24,000 nucleotides of DNA, from NCBI RefSeq assembly GCF_044430645.1, contig NZ_JAWUDN010000002.1, positions 2,767 through 26,766 of the forward strand, in the 5' to 3' direction. Within the stretch, counting starts at the first letter, position 1. Each line of letters opens with the position of its first letter. A program made the position numbers and the translations under genes. The notes under the pieces were generated by a model, which saw only the letters and a list, made by a program, of their open reading frames with translations, was not told the origin of the DNA and made no database searches. Below are positions 16,842-24,000 of this stretch, piece after piece. The stretch comes from Ewingella allii. Lineage in GTDB: Bacteria; Pseudomonadota; Gammaproteobacteria; Enterobacterales; Enterobacteriaceae.

Positions 16842-17807
16842 TTACAGCGTCATGCCCATCGACTGGCGCAGATAAGCCCCCGATCCCAGCAGCCCCGGCT
16901 GATCGTGAGTGATCAGGTAGACCGGAATGTCGTGCAGGTAGTCTTTAAAACGGCCTTTATCTTCAAAGGCGGCACGGAAACCCGAGGCCTTAAAGAACTC
17001 GAGGAAGCGCGGCACGATGCCACCAGCGATATACACGCCGCCGAAAGTGCCCATATTCAGCGCCAGATTGCCGCCAAAGCGCCCCATAATTACGCAAAAT
17101 AGGGAGAGTGCGCGGCGGCAGTCGAGATTTTCATCACTCAGCGCCAGCTCGGTCACATCTTTCGGGGCGAAATTCTCCGGCACGCGGCCATCGGCTTTGA
17201 CAATCGCGCGGTACAAATTCACCAGTCCCGGACCAGACAGAATACGCTCCGCGGAGACGTGGCCCATCTCGGCACGCAGCTGCTCGAGGATGATGTCCTC
17301 CTCTTCGCTGTTTGGCGCGAAATCAACATGCCCGCCCTCGCCCGGCAGGCTCAGCCAGCGTTTGTCAGCGTGGATCAGGTGGGCAACGCCCAAGCCGGTG
17401 CCCGCGCCGAAAATCACTGCCGGCTTGCCGTCTAACGGTTTTTTGCCGCCGAACTGCAACAGGTCTTGCTCCTGCAACATCGGGATAGCCATGGAGACGG
17501 CGGTGAAATCATTGATCACTTCCAGATGATCCAACTTCAGGTTGGCTTTCATCTCGGCAATCGAAAATGCCCACGTGTGGTTGGTCATCGCCACCCAGTC
17601 ACCGGTGATCGGGCAGGCAATGGCAATACAGGCGTCTTTAACTTCGTGCTCTTGCTGCTCAAGATAGACGCGCACCACGTCTTCTAAACTTGGGTAATCC
17701 AAGCCAGAAAAGGTTTTAGAAGCCGAAATGGCTCCGCTGTCGAGCGCGCACAGTGCAAGACGACAGTTAGTACCGCCGACGTCCCCCACCAAGGAGTATT
17801 TGGTCAT
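16842..17807 (-). CDS. glk: Glucokinase
   Basis: 321 aa. [20 protein letters not shown].. is the ROK-independent Glk ATP-binding motif, and the sequence is collinear with E. coli Glk. A GGAGAAGAAA SD lies upstream. Confidence 0.95.
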   Translation of the reverse strand: MTKYSLVGDVGGTNCRLALCALDSGAISASKTFSGLDYPSLEDVVRVYLEQQEHEVKDACIAIACPITGDWVAMTNHTWAFSIAEMKANLKLDHLEVINDFTAVSMAIPMLQEQDLLQFGGKKPLDGKPAVIFGAGTGLGVAHLIHADKRWLSLPGEGGHVDFAPNSEEEDIILEQLRAEMGHVSAERILSGPGLVNLYRAIVKADGRVPENFAPKDVTELALSDENLDCRRALSLFCVIMGRFGGNLALNMGTFGGVYIAGGIVPRFLEFFKASGFRAAFEDKGRFKDYLHDIPVYLITHDQPGLLGSGAYLRQSMGMTL

Positions 17808-18117
17808 TTTCTTCTCCGAAAAAGTAGATTCTTAATCCTGTCTGGTCTGGAGGCCGGGTAAAAACGATAAAGACCGTTATTATCAATCGTTGAGGCTGGT
17901 TAAAACCCGCTTGCAGGACTATAAAAGTTTACAGAATAATTGTGGGCAAAATAGCGGTAATTGCTATAGCCTGCAACGCCCATTTGAGGCAACGCGTATT
18001 TATGCGGCGCGGCATCCAAAATAATGTCGCTAATGCCCAATTTCTTAGCCATCATTACGATACAAAGCCTGTGCTGAAGCCTCGAGCGAGTGCAGTTCAT
18101 CATAAAAGGATATGTGC

Positions 18118-19383
18118 ATGCTGCATCCCCGTGCGAAAACGATGTTGGTCTTTACTTTGCCCGCGTTGGTCATCGGCATCTTATCCAGCCTGATTCTGGT
18201 CGCCCTTATGCTGCTGGCGGGCGCGCTGCAAACCCTGCTCTGGCAGCACATTCCTTCTGCTCTGCATATTGATACCAGCTCGGCCAGTTGGACCTTATTT
18301 ATGCTCACGCTAACCGGTTTGGGCGTCGGCGCGCTAATTAAGTATATGCCGGGCCACGCTGGGCCAGACCCCGCCACCGAATCGCTGATAGGCCCTCCCG
18401 TCGCGCTCAATGCCCTTCCCGGTTTGGCATTAGCCTTGATGCTGGGCCTGGCCGGAGGGGTGAGCCTCGGGCCGGAATACCCCATTACCGTGATTAACAT
18501 TGCCCTCGCCGCCGCCGTGGGCCGCTTTTTGCTGCCAAAAGTCCCGACCATGGACTGGGTGATTTTAGCCGCCGCGGGCACCATCGGCGCACTGTTCGGC
18601 ACGCCTATCGCCGCCGCGCTGATTTTTTCGCAAATGCTCGGTGGAGATAAAGATATTCCGCTATGGGACCGGCTTTTTGCGCCGCTGGTCGCCGCAGGCG
18701 CGGGGGCGCTGACCACCGATCAGTTCTTCGAGCCTGATTTCTCTTTGAATATCGACCCTTATGACGCTTCGCGCCTGGTGGATGTGTTCAGCGGCTCGGT
18801 GGTGGTGCTGATTGCGATTGCGATTGGCATGGTTGCCGTCTGGCTGTTCCCGCACGTGCATCGCCTGTTCCACAGCATCAAAAACCCGGTCCTGATGCTC
18901 GGCCTTGGGGGCTTTGTGTTAGGCCTTCTGGCCCTGATTGGCGGGGAAATTACCCTGTTTAAAGGGCTGGATGAGATGAAACAGCTGGCGGAGTCGGACC
19001 AGTTATTTGAAATTAGTTCGATGCTGGCGATAACCCTGACCAAGCTCGCCGCGCTAGTGGTGGCCGCCGCCTGTGGCTTTAGGGGCGGGCGCATCTTCCC
19101 GGCGGTGTTTGTCGGCGTTTCCCTTGGGCTGATGCTGCATCAATACGCGCCAGACGTGCCTGCTGCCGTCACCGTTTCTTGCGCCGTAATGGGCATGGTA
19201 CTGGTGGTCACACGCGACGGTTGGCTGAGCCTGTTTATGGCCGCTGCCGTGGTGCCGGGCCTGAAACTGCTGCCGCTGCTGTGTATTGTGATGCTGCCAG
19301 CCTGGCTGCTGCTGGCAGGCAAACCGCTGATGCTGGTCAGCAAATATCTGCCTGCCCGCCAAGAGAATAAAGAAGCCGAGTAA
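18118..19383 (+). CDS. yfeO: YfeO, ClC-related putative ion-channel/transport membrane protein
   Basis: Polytopic membrane protein collinear with E. coli YfeO (MLHPRA.TM.., ..[13 protein letters not shown].., ..[21 protein letters not shown]..). The ATG at 18118 is preferred over the track start at 18112 because the AGGA SD at 18107-18110 is then 7 nt upstream and the N-terminus matches E. coli. Confidence 0.9.
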   Translation: MLHPRAKTMLVFTLPALVIGILSSLILVALMLLAGALQTLLWQHIPSALHIDTSSASWTLFMLTLTGLGVGALIKYMPGHAGPDPATESLIGPPVALNALPGLALALMLGLAGGVSLGPEYPITVINIALAAAVGRFLLPKVPTMDWVILAAAGTIGALFGTPIAAALIFSQMLGGDKDIPLWDRLFAPLVAAGAGALTTDQFFEPDFSLNIDPYDASRLVDVFSGSVVVLIAIAIGMVAVWLFPHVHRLFHSIKNPVLMLGLGGFVLGLLALIGGEITLFKGLDEMKQLAESDQLFEISSMLAITLTKLAALVVAAACGFRGGRIFPAVFVGVSLGLMLHQYAPDVPAAVTVSCAVMGMVLVVTRDGWLSLFMAAAVVPGLKLLPLLCIVMLPAWLLLAGKPLMLVSKYLPARQENKEAE

Positions 19384-19387
19384 AGGA

Positions 19388-20086
19388 TTAACGGTCAGAA
19401 AGGGCGAACTCCGCCGCCGCCAGTGCATGGATGGCGGTGGTGTCAAACACCGGCACGCCGGCATCCTGCTGGCCGACCAGCAGCGTAATTTCCGTACAAC
19501 CGAGAATAATTCCCTCCGCCCCCTGCTGCTCTAGCTCGCCCATGATGCGGCGATACTCTTCGCGAGAGGCGTCGCTGATTTCCCCCAGACAAAGCTCTTC
19601 ATAGATGATGCGATGCACAATATTGCGGTCAGCTTCGTTCGGGGTCAGCACCTCAATGTGGTGTTTATCCTGCAGGCGGCCGCGATAGAAATCCTGCTCC
19701 ATGGTGAATTTGGTGCCGAGCAGGCCAATGCGCTTCAGCCCCTGAGCTTTAATCTTATCCGCCGTCGCGTCGGCAATGTGCAGCAACGGCAGCCCGCCGA
19801 TGCGCTCAATGTCATCTGCCACTTTATGCATAGTGTTGGTACAGACCACAATCACCTCTGCCCCAGCGCGCGCCAGCGCCTGTGCGGCATCACCGAGAAC
19901 TTGACCAGCCTGCTGCCAATCCCCCTGGGCCTGTAATTTTTCAATATCGTAGAAGTCGACGCTGTGCAGGAACAGCCGGGCGGAATGTAATCCACCCAGC
20001 TGCTGTTTGACGTGTTCATTGATGGTGCGGTAGTACGGCACGGTGGATTCCCAACTCATGCCGCCAATTAATCCTAAGGTTTTCAT
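19388..20086 (-). CDS. Aspartate/glutamate racemase-family protein (YgeA-like broad-specificity amino-acid racemase)
   Basis: 232 aa. MKTLGLIGGMSWESTVPYYRTINEHVKQQLGGLHSARLFLHSVDF.. and ..VVCTNTMHKVADDIE.. / ..ILGCTEITLL.. carry the two catalytic-Cys motifs. It is close to E. coli YgeA as recalled. Confidence 0.85.
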   Translation of the reverse strand: MKTLGLIGGMSWESTVPYYRTINEHVKQQLGGLHSARLFLHSVDFYDIEKLQAQGDWQQAGQVLGDAAQALARAGAEVIVVCTNTMHKVADDIERIGGLPLLHIADATADKIKAQGLKRIGLLGTKFTMEQDFYRGRLQDKHHIEVLTPNEADRNIVHRIIYEELCLGEISDASREEYRRIMGELEQQGAEGIILGCTEITLLVGQQDAGVPVFDTTAIHALAAAEFALSDR

Positions 20087-20181
20087 CTGCTGTCACCCTG
20101 CCGACTCTATTTTGCGTGAGGGTAAAACATAACCGAGCGCGCCCCTGCTGACAAACAGTGACGCGCCCGGCGAGCAGAAAA

Positions 20182-20685
20182 TTACTGTTTTGCTGAACAG
20201 GCTTTCTGAGCCGACTCATCGGCCAGACGCGCAGCGCGGCGCTCGACAATGCGCTGGCGCAAGGTGTCATACAGCCAGTTGTAGAACATGGTGTATGGCA
20301 GGAAGAACAGGAAGAAGCCAATTTCCAGCATAAAGGCGTTAAGCAGTGAAATGCCCAACCAGCCTGCGGCAATCGGCAGCCCCATCAATATAAATCCGCC
20401 CTCGAAGCCCAGCGCGTGGCAGACGCGTACTTTCAGGCTTCGCGCCACGCGGCTGACTGGCCAGAGACGATCGAAAATCGAGTTGTAAACGATGTTCCAC
20501 AGCATCGCCGTGGTAGAGAGCAAAATCGCCAGGGTGCCCATTTCAAACATCGACTTGTTCAACAGCCATGCTGCAATCGGCGCGGAAATCATTACCGCTA
20601 AGGCTTCAAAACCGACCGCATGCAGGATGCGCTCGCCTAAAGATTTTTTACTCGCGAGTTGAGTATTTGTTTTTAACTTTGACAT
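20182..20685 (-). CDS. PACE-family (AceI-like, bacterial transmembrane pair) efflux transporter
   Basis: 167 aa. It has two tandem 2-TM halves, each opening with the conserved pattern R..HA.GFE (ERILHAVGFEAL.. and VRVCHALGFEGG..). It is divergently paired with a LysR regulator, as for aceI/aceR. Confidence 0.7.
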   Translation of the reverse strand: MSKLKTNTQLASKKSLGERILHAVGFEALAVMISAPIAAWLLNKSMFEMGTLAILLSTTAMLWNIVYNSIFDRLWPVSRVARSLKVRVCHALGFEGGFILMGLPIAAGWLGISLLNAFMLEIGFFLFFLPYTMFYNWLYDTLRQRIVERRAARLADESAQKACSAKQ

Positions 20686-20826
20686 AAAGACCTGCCGTTA
20701 TTCCTCAATAGGGTGAGTGACTTAGGTCACAGGTCGGCATTATCATCGCTAAATAAGATAGGTTAAAGATAGTTAATATCGATAAAATAGATGGATAAAC
20801 CCTTAACCGCCAACCTGGAGATTGCC

Positions 20827-21702
20827 ATGCGTTACTCGCCAGAAGCCTTAGTCGCCTTTGTGGAAGCTGCGGATACCGGCTCTTTCTCCGCCGCCGCACG
20901 CAAACTGCGCAAAAGCCAGTCCACGGTCAGCACCGCCATCGCCAATCTTGAAGTGGATTTGGGCCTGACGCTGTTTGACCGCAACAGCCGCCAGCCGGTG
21001 TTAACGCCGCAGGGCAAAAGGGTGCTCAATCACGTTCAGGCGATTTTGGCCGCCAGTGAGCGCCTTGATGAGCTGGCAATTCGCCTCTCCACGCAGGTGG
21101 AAACCCGACTGACCTTCGTACTTTCAGACACTTACCAGCCGACTCACCATGAGAATCTGCTCAAACGCTTTGAGCGGCGCTATCCCGACATTGAGTTTGA
21201 ATGCCTGATTGCTGAGGATCAGGATGTGATTGATCTGCTGCAGGCTGGGCGGGCGCACATTGGCATGCTGGAAGTGCAGGACTCCTACCCGCCGGACATC
21301 GGCGTGGCGCGCCTGCCGGAGCAAACTGACATGGACATTTTTGTCAGTCGCGACCATCCGCTGGCCCAGCTTTCCAACATTCAGCCTGAGCAGTTGCACA
21401 CTTTCCGCCAGTTAAGCCTCCAGCCCTATCGCCGCACCGAGACCCGGGCGCAGGGGCAAACCTGGTCCGCACCGAGCTATTTGATGCTGCTGGAAATGGC
21501 CGAGCAGGGCTTTGGATGGTCGGTACTGCCGCACTGGCTGGTGCGCCAGTTTGGGCATAACAAGCTGGTGACGTTACCGATGCGAGGTTGGCCGAAGCTG
21601 ATTTCAGTGGACGCGGTGTGGAGTAAAAACAATCAGCCCGGCCCGGCGGGAAGTTGGTTCATCGACCAGCTAATCGATCCTTTGCTGGCCGATGAACCCT
21701 GA
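20827..21702 (+). CDS. LysR-family transcriptional regulator (AceR-like by position)
   Basis: N-terminal wHTH ..LVAFVEAADTGSFSAAARKLRKSQSTVSTAIANLE..LGLTLFDR.. plus a LysR substrate-binding domain. The ATG at 20827 (GGAG 6 nt upstream, typical short lead into the HTH) is preferred. The track start at 20791 is possible. Confidence 0.9.
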   Translation: MRYSPEALVAFVEAADTGSFSAAARKLRKSQSTVSTAIANLEVDLGLTLFDRNSRQPVLTPQGKRVLNHVQAILAASERLDELAIRLSTQVETRLTFVLSDTYQPTHHENLLKRFERRYPDIEFECLIAEDQDVIDLLQAGRAHIGMLEVQDSYPPDIGVARLPEQTDMDIFVSRDHPLAQLSNIQPEQLHTFRQLSLQPYRRTETRAQGQTWSAPSYLMLLEMAEQGFGWSVLPHWLVRQFGHNKLVTLPMRGWPKLISVDAVWSKNNQPGPAGSWFIDQLIDPLLADEP

Positions 21703-21715
21703 GTCATAAGTCCGG

Positions 21716-23377
21716 TTAGTCGCCGGAATTTCTCTTCGAGATAGACTTGCTGACTGCGTCCAATAGCTCGGGGATATCCATTTTCGGCACCACCACTTCC
21801 ACCCAGGCCATTTGCGGTTTATCGCGCAGGGTGAACATCACCTGACTTAGCTGGTCGCGGCTTTCGACTCGCTGGCTGAGCACGTCCGGTCCGCCAAAGG
21901 CGGCGGGGAACAGGGTCCAATTCCAGCGCGCAATATCGTTGTAGCGCTGCGTCTCGCCATGGATAGCTCTTTCCACCGTATAGCCGTCATTGTTGATGAG
22001 GAAAATGTGGGTTTTTAAGCCGTAACGGATCGCCGCGCCCAGCCCTTGCAGGGTGAGCTGCGCCGAGCCGTCGCCAATAATCAGCACCACCCGACGCTCA
22101 GGCTCGGCAGTTTGCGCGCCAAAGGCGGCTGGCAGGGTAAAGCCAATCGAACCCCAAAGTGGTTGGACGATAACATCACACCCCTCGGGCAACGTGAGCG
22201 CCGCCGCGCCGAAGCTGGAGGTCCCCTGCTCCACCACCAGCAGATCGTTGGGTTGCAAGAATTCCTGCATTAATTGCCAGAAAACCTGCTGATCCAGCTC
22301 GCTGTTATCCGACGATGGCAGCGGCGTGCGGCTAAAGTCAGGCTTTTCCCACTGGTCGCGAAGTTCAGCGGTCAGCTGATGCAGCGCCTCGACGGCCTTG
22401 GCCATCGGTAGCTGATGGAACACCTGTTTACCAATGCGCACGCTGAAAGGTTCGAGTTCGATACAACCCTCTTCAGGCAGCTTTTGGGTGAATCCGGCGG
22501 TAATGGTATCGCCAAAACGCACCCCGACATTAATGACCACCTCGGCCTGCTCCACCACCTTCTTCACCACCGGGCAGCTCGCCGCGCCGGAGTAAGTGCC
22601 AGCAAAATGCGGATTCTGCTCGTTGAACAGCCCCTTGCCCATCAACAGCGTCGAGTGTGCCAACGGAACATCATCAACCCACTGCTGAAGTGCCTGTTTG
22701 GCTTTAAAACGGTCGGCCAGAAAATCCCCCAATACCGTCACCCGTCGCTTGTCGCGCAGCAGCTCGCGGGCGGTATCAGTGAAGGCGCTAAGAGAATCTT
22801 GGGAAAAGGCGGGCTGGAGAAGAGGCTGTTTGGTGGCACGGCTGGTGACAGGGAGCTTGGCGACGTCACTTGGTAGGAGAAGGTAGCCGGGCCGCGAGTG
22901 GTAAATCGCCTCGGCCACCACGCGGTCAATTTCCGCCAGCGCGTTTTCCGGGGTTAGCAACCCCTGCGCCACGCTGACCTGCCGCGACATCTCGGCAAAG
23001 CGAGCAAAGTTGCCATCGCCCATGGAGTGATGCAGCAATTCGCCTTTTTTCTGCGAGGAAAGCGGAGGCGCGCCGACAATATGAATCACCGGCAAATATT
23101 CGGCATAACTTCCCGCTACCCCATTGAGCGCGCTGAGTTCTCCCACGCCGAAAGTGGTCAGCAGAGCCGCCGCCCCCTTGCGTCGCGCATAGCCGTCGGC
23201 ACCATAGGCGGCATTCAATTCATTGGTACAGCCCACCCAGGTTATTTGCTGGTGGCTAATCACGTGGTCGAGGAATTGCAGGTTGTAGTCGCCTGGCACG
23301 CCAAACAGGTGGGCAATATTGCTAAGTGATAGTCGGTCGAGGAGATAGTCACCTACGGTATAAGCATTACTCATCAT
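21716..23377 (-). CDS. ipdC: Indolepyruvate/phenylpyruvate decarboxylase (ThDP-dependent)
   Basis: 553 aa. It is collinear with Enterobacter cloacae IpdC as recalled (..VGDYLLDRL....HLFGVPGDYNLQFLDHVI.., ..LLTTFGVGELSA.NG.AGSYAE..PV.HIVGAP.., ThDP motif ..GDGSAQLT...LG......K..IFLINNDGYTVERAIHG..QRYNDIA.WNW). Confidence 0.9.
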   Translation of the reverse strand: MMSNAYTVGDYLLDRLSLSNIAHLFGVPGDYNLQFLDHVISHQQITWVGCTNELNAAYGADGYARRKGAAALLTTFGVGELSALNGVAGSYAEYLPVIHIVGAPPLSSQKKGELLHHSMGDGNFARFAEMSRQVSVAQGLLTPENALAEIDRVVAEAIYHSRPGYLLLPSDVAKLPVTSRATKQPLLQPAFSQDSLSAFTDTARELLRDKRRVTVLGDFLADRFKAKQALQQWVDDVPLAHSTLLMGKGLFNEQNPHFAGTYSGAASCPVVKKVVEQAEVVINVGVRFGDTITAGFTQKLPEEGCIELEPFSVRIGKQVFHQLPMAKAVEALHQLTAELRDQWEKPDFSRTPLPSSDNSELDQQVFWQLMQEFLQPNDLLVVEQGTSSFGAAALTLPEGCDVIVQPLWGSIGFTLPAAFGAQTAEPERRVVLIIGDGSAQLTLQGLGAAIRYGLKTHIFLINNDGYTVERAIHGETQRYNDIARWNWTLFPAAFGGPDVLSQRVESRDQLSQVMFTLRDKPQMAWVEVVVPKMDIPELLDAVSKSISKRNSGD

Positions 23378-23469
23378 GATCCCCTAATATTTTTAGCTTC
23401 TATAGTTGATAACTCTAGAAAGTATTGACGCAGATCGCCGATTAGGAAACGTGCGCCAAAAATTAGGGT

Positions 23470-23487
23470 TGGAAATTTTGCCTTACA
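23470..23487. promoter_or_regulatory. Candidate TyrR box upstream of ipdC
   Basis: TGGAAA-TTTTGC-CTTACA matches the TyrR box consensus TGTAAA-N6-TTTACA at 10 of 12 specified positions, including the G-N14-C pair. It lies 93-110 nt upstream of the ipdC ATG. ipdC is TyrR-regulated in Enterobacter. Confidence 0.4.
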
Positions 23488-23653
23488 CCCCTGCCCGATT
23501 TAGGCGCAGGTTCCGTTATTCATCACAATGACTGATAGGCCGATGAGTCACATCCCAAGGTTGTTAACCCGCTCGCTGGAAAAATCTGTGGAAACGCATA
23601 CACTAAAACGGCTTTTTATCATTCCTACGACTAAAAATAATAAGGTTAACTCT

Positions 23654-24000
23654 ATGGCTTATCAGGCGAAACCTACGCGATATGAACAGATGCAGTACCG
23701 ACGCTGCGGCCACAGCGGGCTGAAGCTGCCCGCCATCTCCCTTGGCCTGTGGCACAACTTTGGCGACAACGCGCACTTTGATAACGCGCGCCATTTGATT
23801 CGTCACGCCTTCGATAATGGCATCACCCATTTTGATTTAGCCAACAACTACGGCCCGCCGCCCGGCTCGGCTGAAACGCACTTTGGCCGCATTTTGCAGG
23901 AAGATTTACTGCCCTATCGCGATGAGCTGATTATCTCCTCCAAGGCCGGTTACACCATGTGGGACGGCCCTTATGGCGATTGGGGCTCGAAGAAATATCT
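23654..24000 (+). CDS. Aldo-keto reductase, YghZ/Gpr-like (Kv-beta-type AKR); N-terminal 115 codons, continues past the right edge
   Basis: Absent from the ORF track because it has no stop in the window. The ATG at 23654 has AAGG 8 nt upstream. Hand translation gives MAYQAKPTRYEQMQYRRCGHSGLKLPAISLGLWHNFGD...GITHFDLANNYGPPPGSAETHFGRILQEDLLPYRDELIISSKAGY.MW.GPYGDWGSKKYL, which closely parallels E. coli YghZ as recalled. Confidence 0.85.
   Translation, partial: MAYQAKPTRYEQMQYRRCGHSGLKLPAISLGLWHNFGDNAHFDNARHLIRHAFDNGITHFDLANNYGPPPGSAETHFGRILQEDLLPYRDELIISSKAGYTMWDGPYGDWGSKKY

Noticed and set aside
17980-18060. Possible fluoride-riboswitch-like leader upstream of the ClC-related yfeO (hairpin GGCAT..ATGCC; GCUAAUGCCC).
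   Set aside because: It lacks the conserved GGnGAUG and AACCGCC elements of the crcB motif as I recall them. The resemblance is limited to a few nucleotides.
17900-18103. 67-aa minus-strand ORF (internal MMAKKLGISDIILDAAPHKYALPQMG..) in the 310-bp glk-yfeO divergent region.
   Set aside because: No SD precedes either candidate ATG, and I recognise no family resemblance. It would overlap the yfeO promoter and SD. It is kept only as a very weak small-protein candidate, checkable by Ribo-seq.
18045-19464. Large minus-strand ORFs inside yfeO (18045-18716 of 223 aa; 18759-19094; 19054-19464) and plus-strand ORF 17942-18193.
   Set aside because: They are antisense or alternative frames of a GC-rich membrane-protein gene. 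Their Pro/Ala/Arg-rich translations match no family.
20016-20899. ORFs 20016-20372(-) and 20705-20899(-), which span gene boundaries and intergenic DNA.
   Set aside because: They are out of frame with the flanking real genes, Cys/Arg-rich, and lack an SD.
23603-23830. 75-aa minus-strand ORF at the right end.
   Set aside because: It is antisense to the clearly YghZ-like aldo-keto reductase frame that starts at 23654.
1-24000. Search by eye for tRNA/rRNA genes, CRISPR arrays, IS/transposase/integrase genes and REP/ERIC-type elements.
   Set aside because: None were recognised. All intergenic hairpins found are accounted for as terminators or operator-like palindromes. A covariance-model scan (tRNAscan-SE, Infernal/Rfam) would be needed to exclude small RNAs.

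Overview
This is an Enterobacterales chromosomal segment, judged from gene content and from by-eye similarity to E. coli K-12 proteins recalled from memory. It has three parts. (1) 1-5350, minus strand: a two-partner-secretion operon. tpsB (ShlB/FhaC/CdiB family) is followed by the first ~1206 codons of a very large filamentous-haemagglutinin/CdiA-like exoprotein that runs off the left edge. The supplied ORF track misses this gene and shows only antisense shadow ORFs there. (2) 5726-10392: a complete curli locus, csgBAC (minus) and csgDEFG (plus), around an 898-bp control region. The secretion and regulatory genes are well conserved, but CsgA and CsgB are strongly diverged. The locus is not in the E. 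coli genomic context. (3) 10.4-24 kb: a small accessory stretch (SnoaL-like gene, CsbD/DUF883-like small membrane protein, higBA toxin-antitoxin), then the conserved alaC - (GNAT) - ypdA - ypdB - glk - yfeO backbone. After that come a YgeA-like racemase, a PACE (AceI-like) efflux gene with a divergent LysR regulator, ipdC, and a partial YghZ-like aldo-keto reductase, also missing from the ORF track. I found no rRNA, tRNA, CRISPR array, IS element or integrase. I found no convincing wholly new system. The best leads are the CDI-like locus, whose polymorphic end lies outside the window, its co-directional placement directly after csgBAC, and the atypical curlin subunits.
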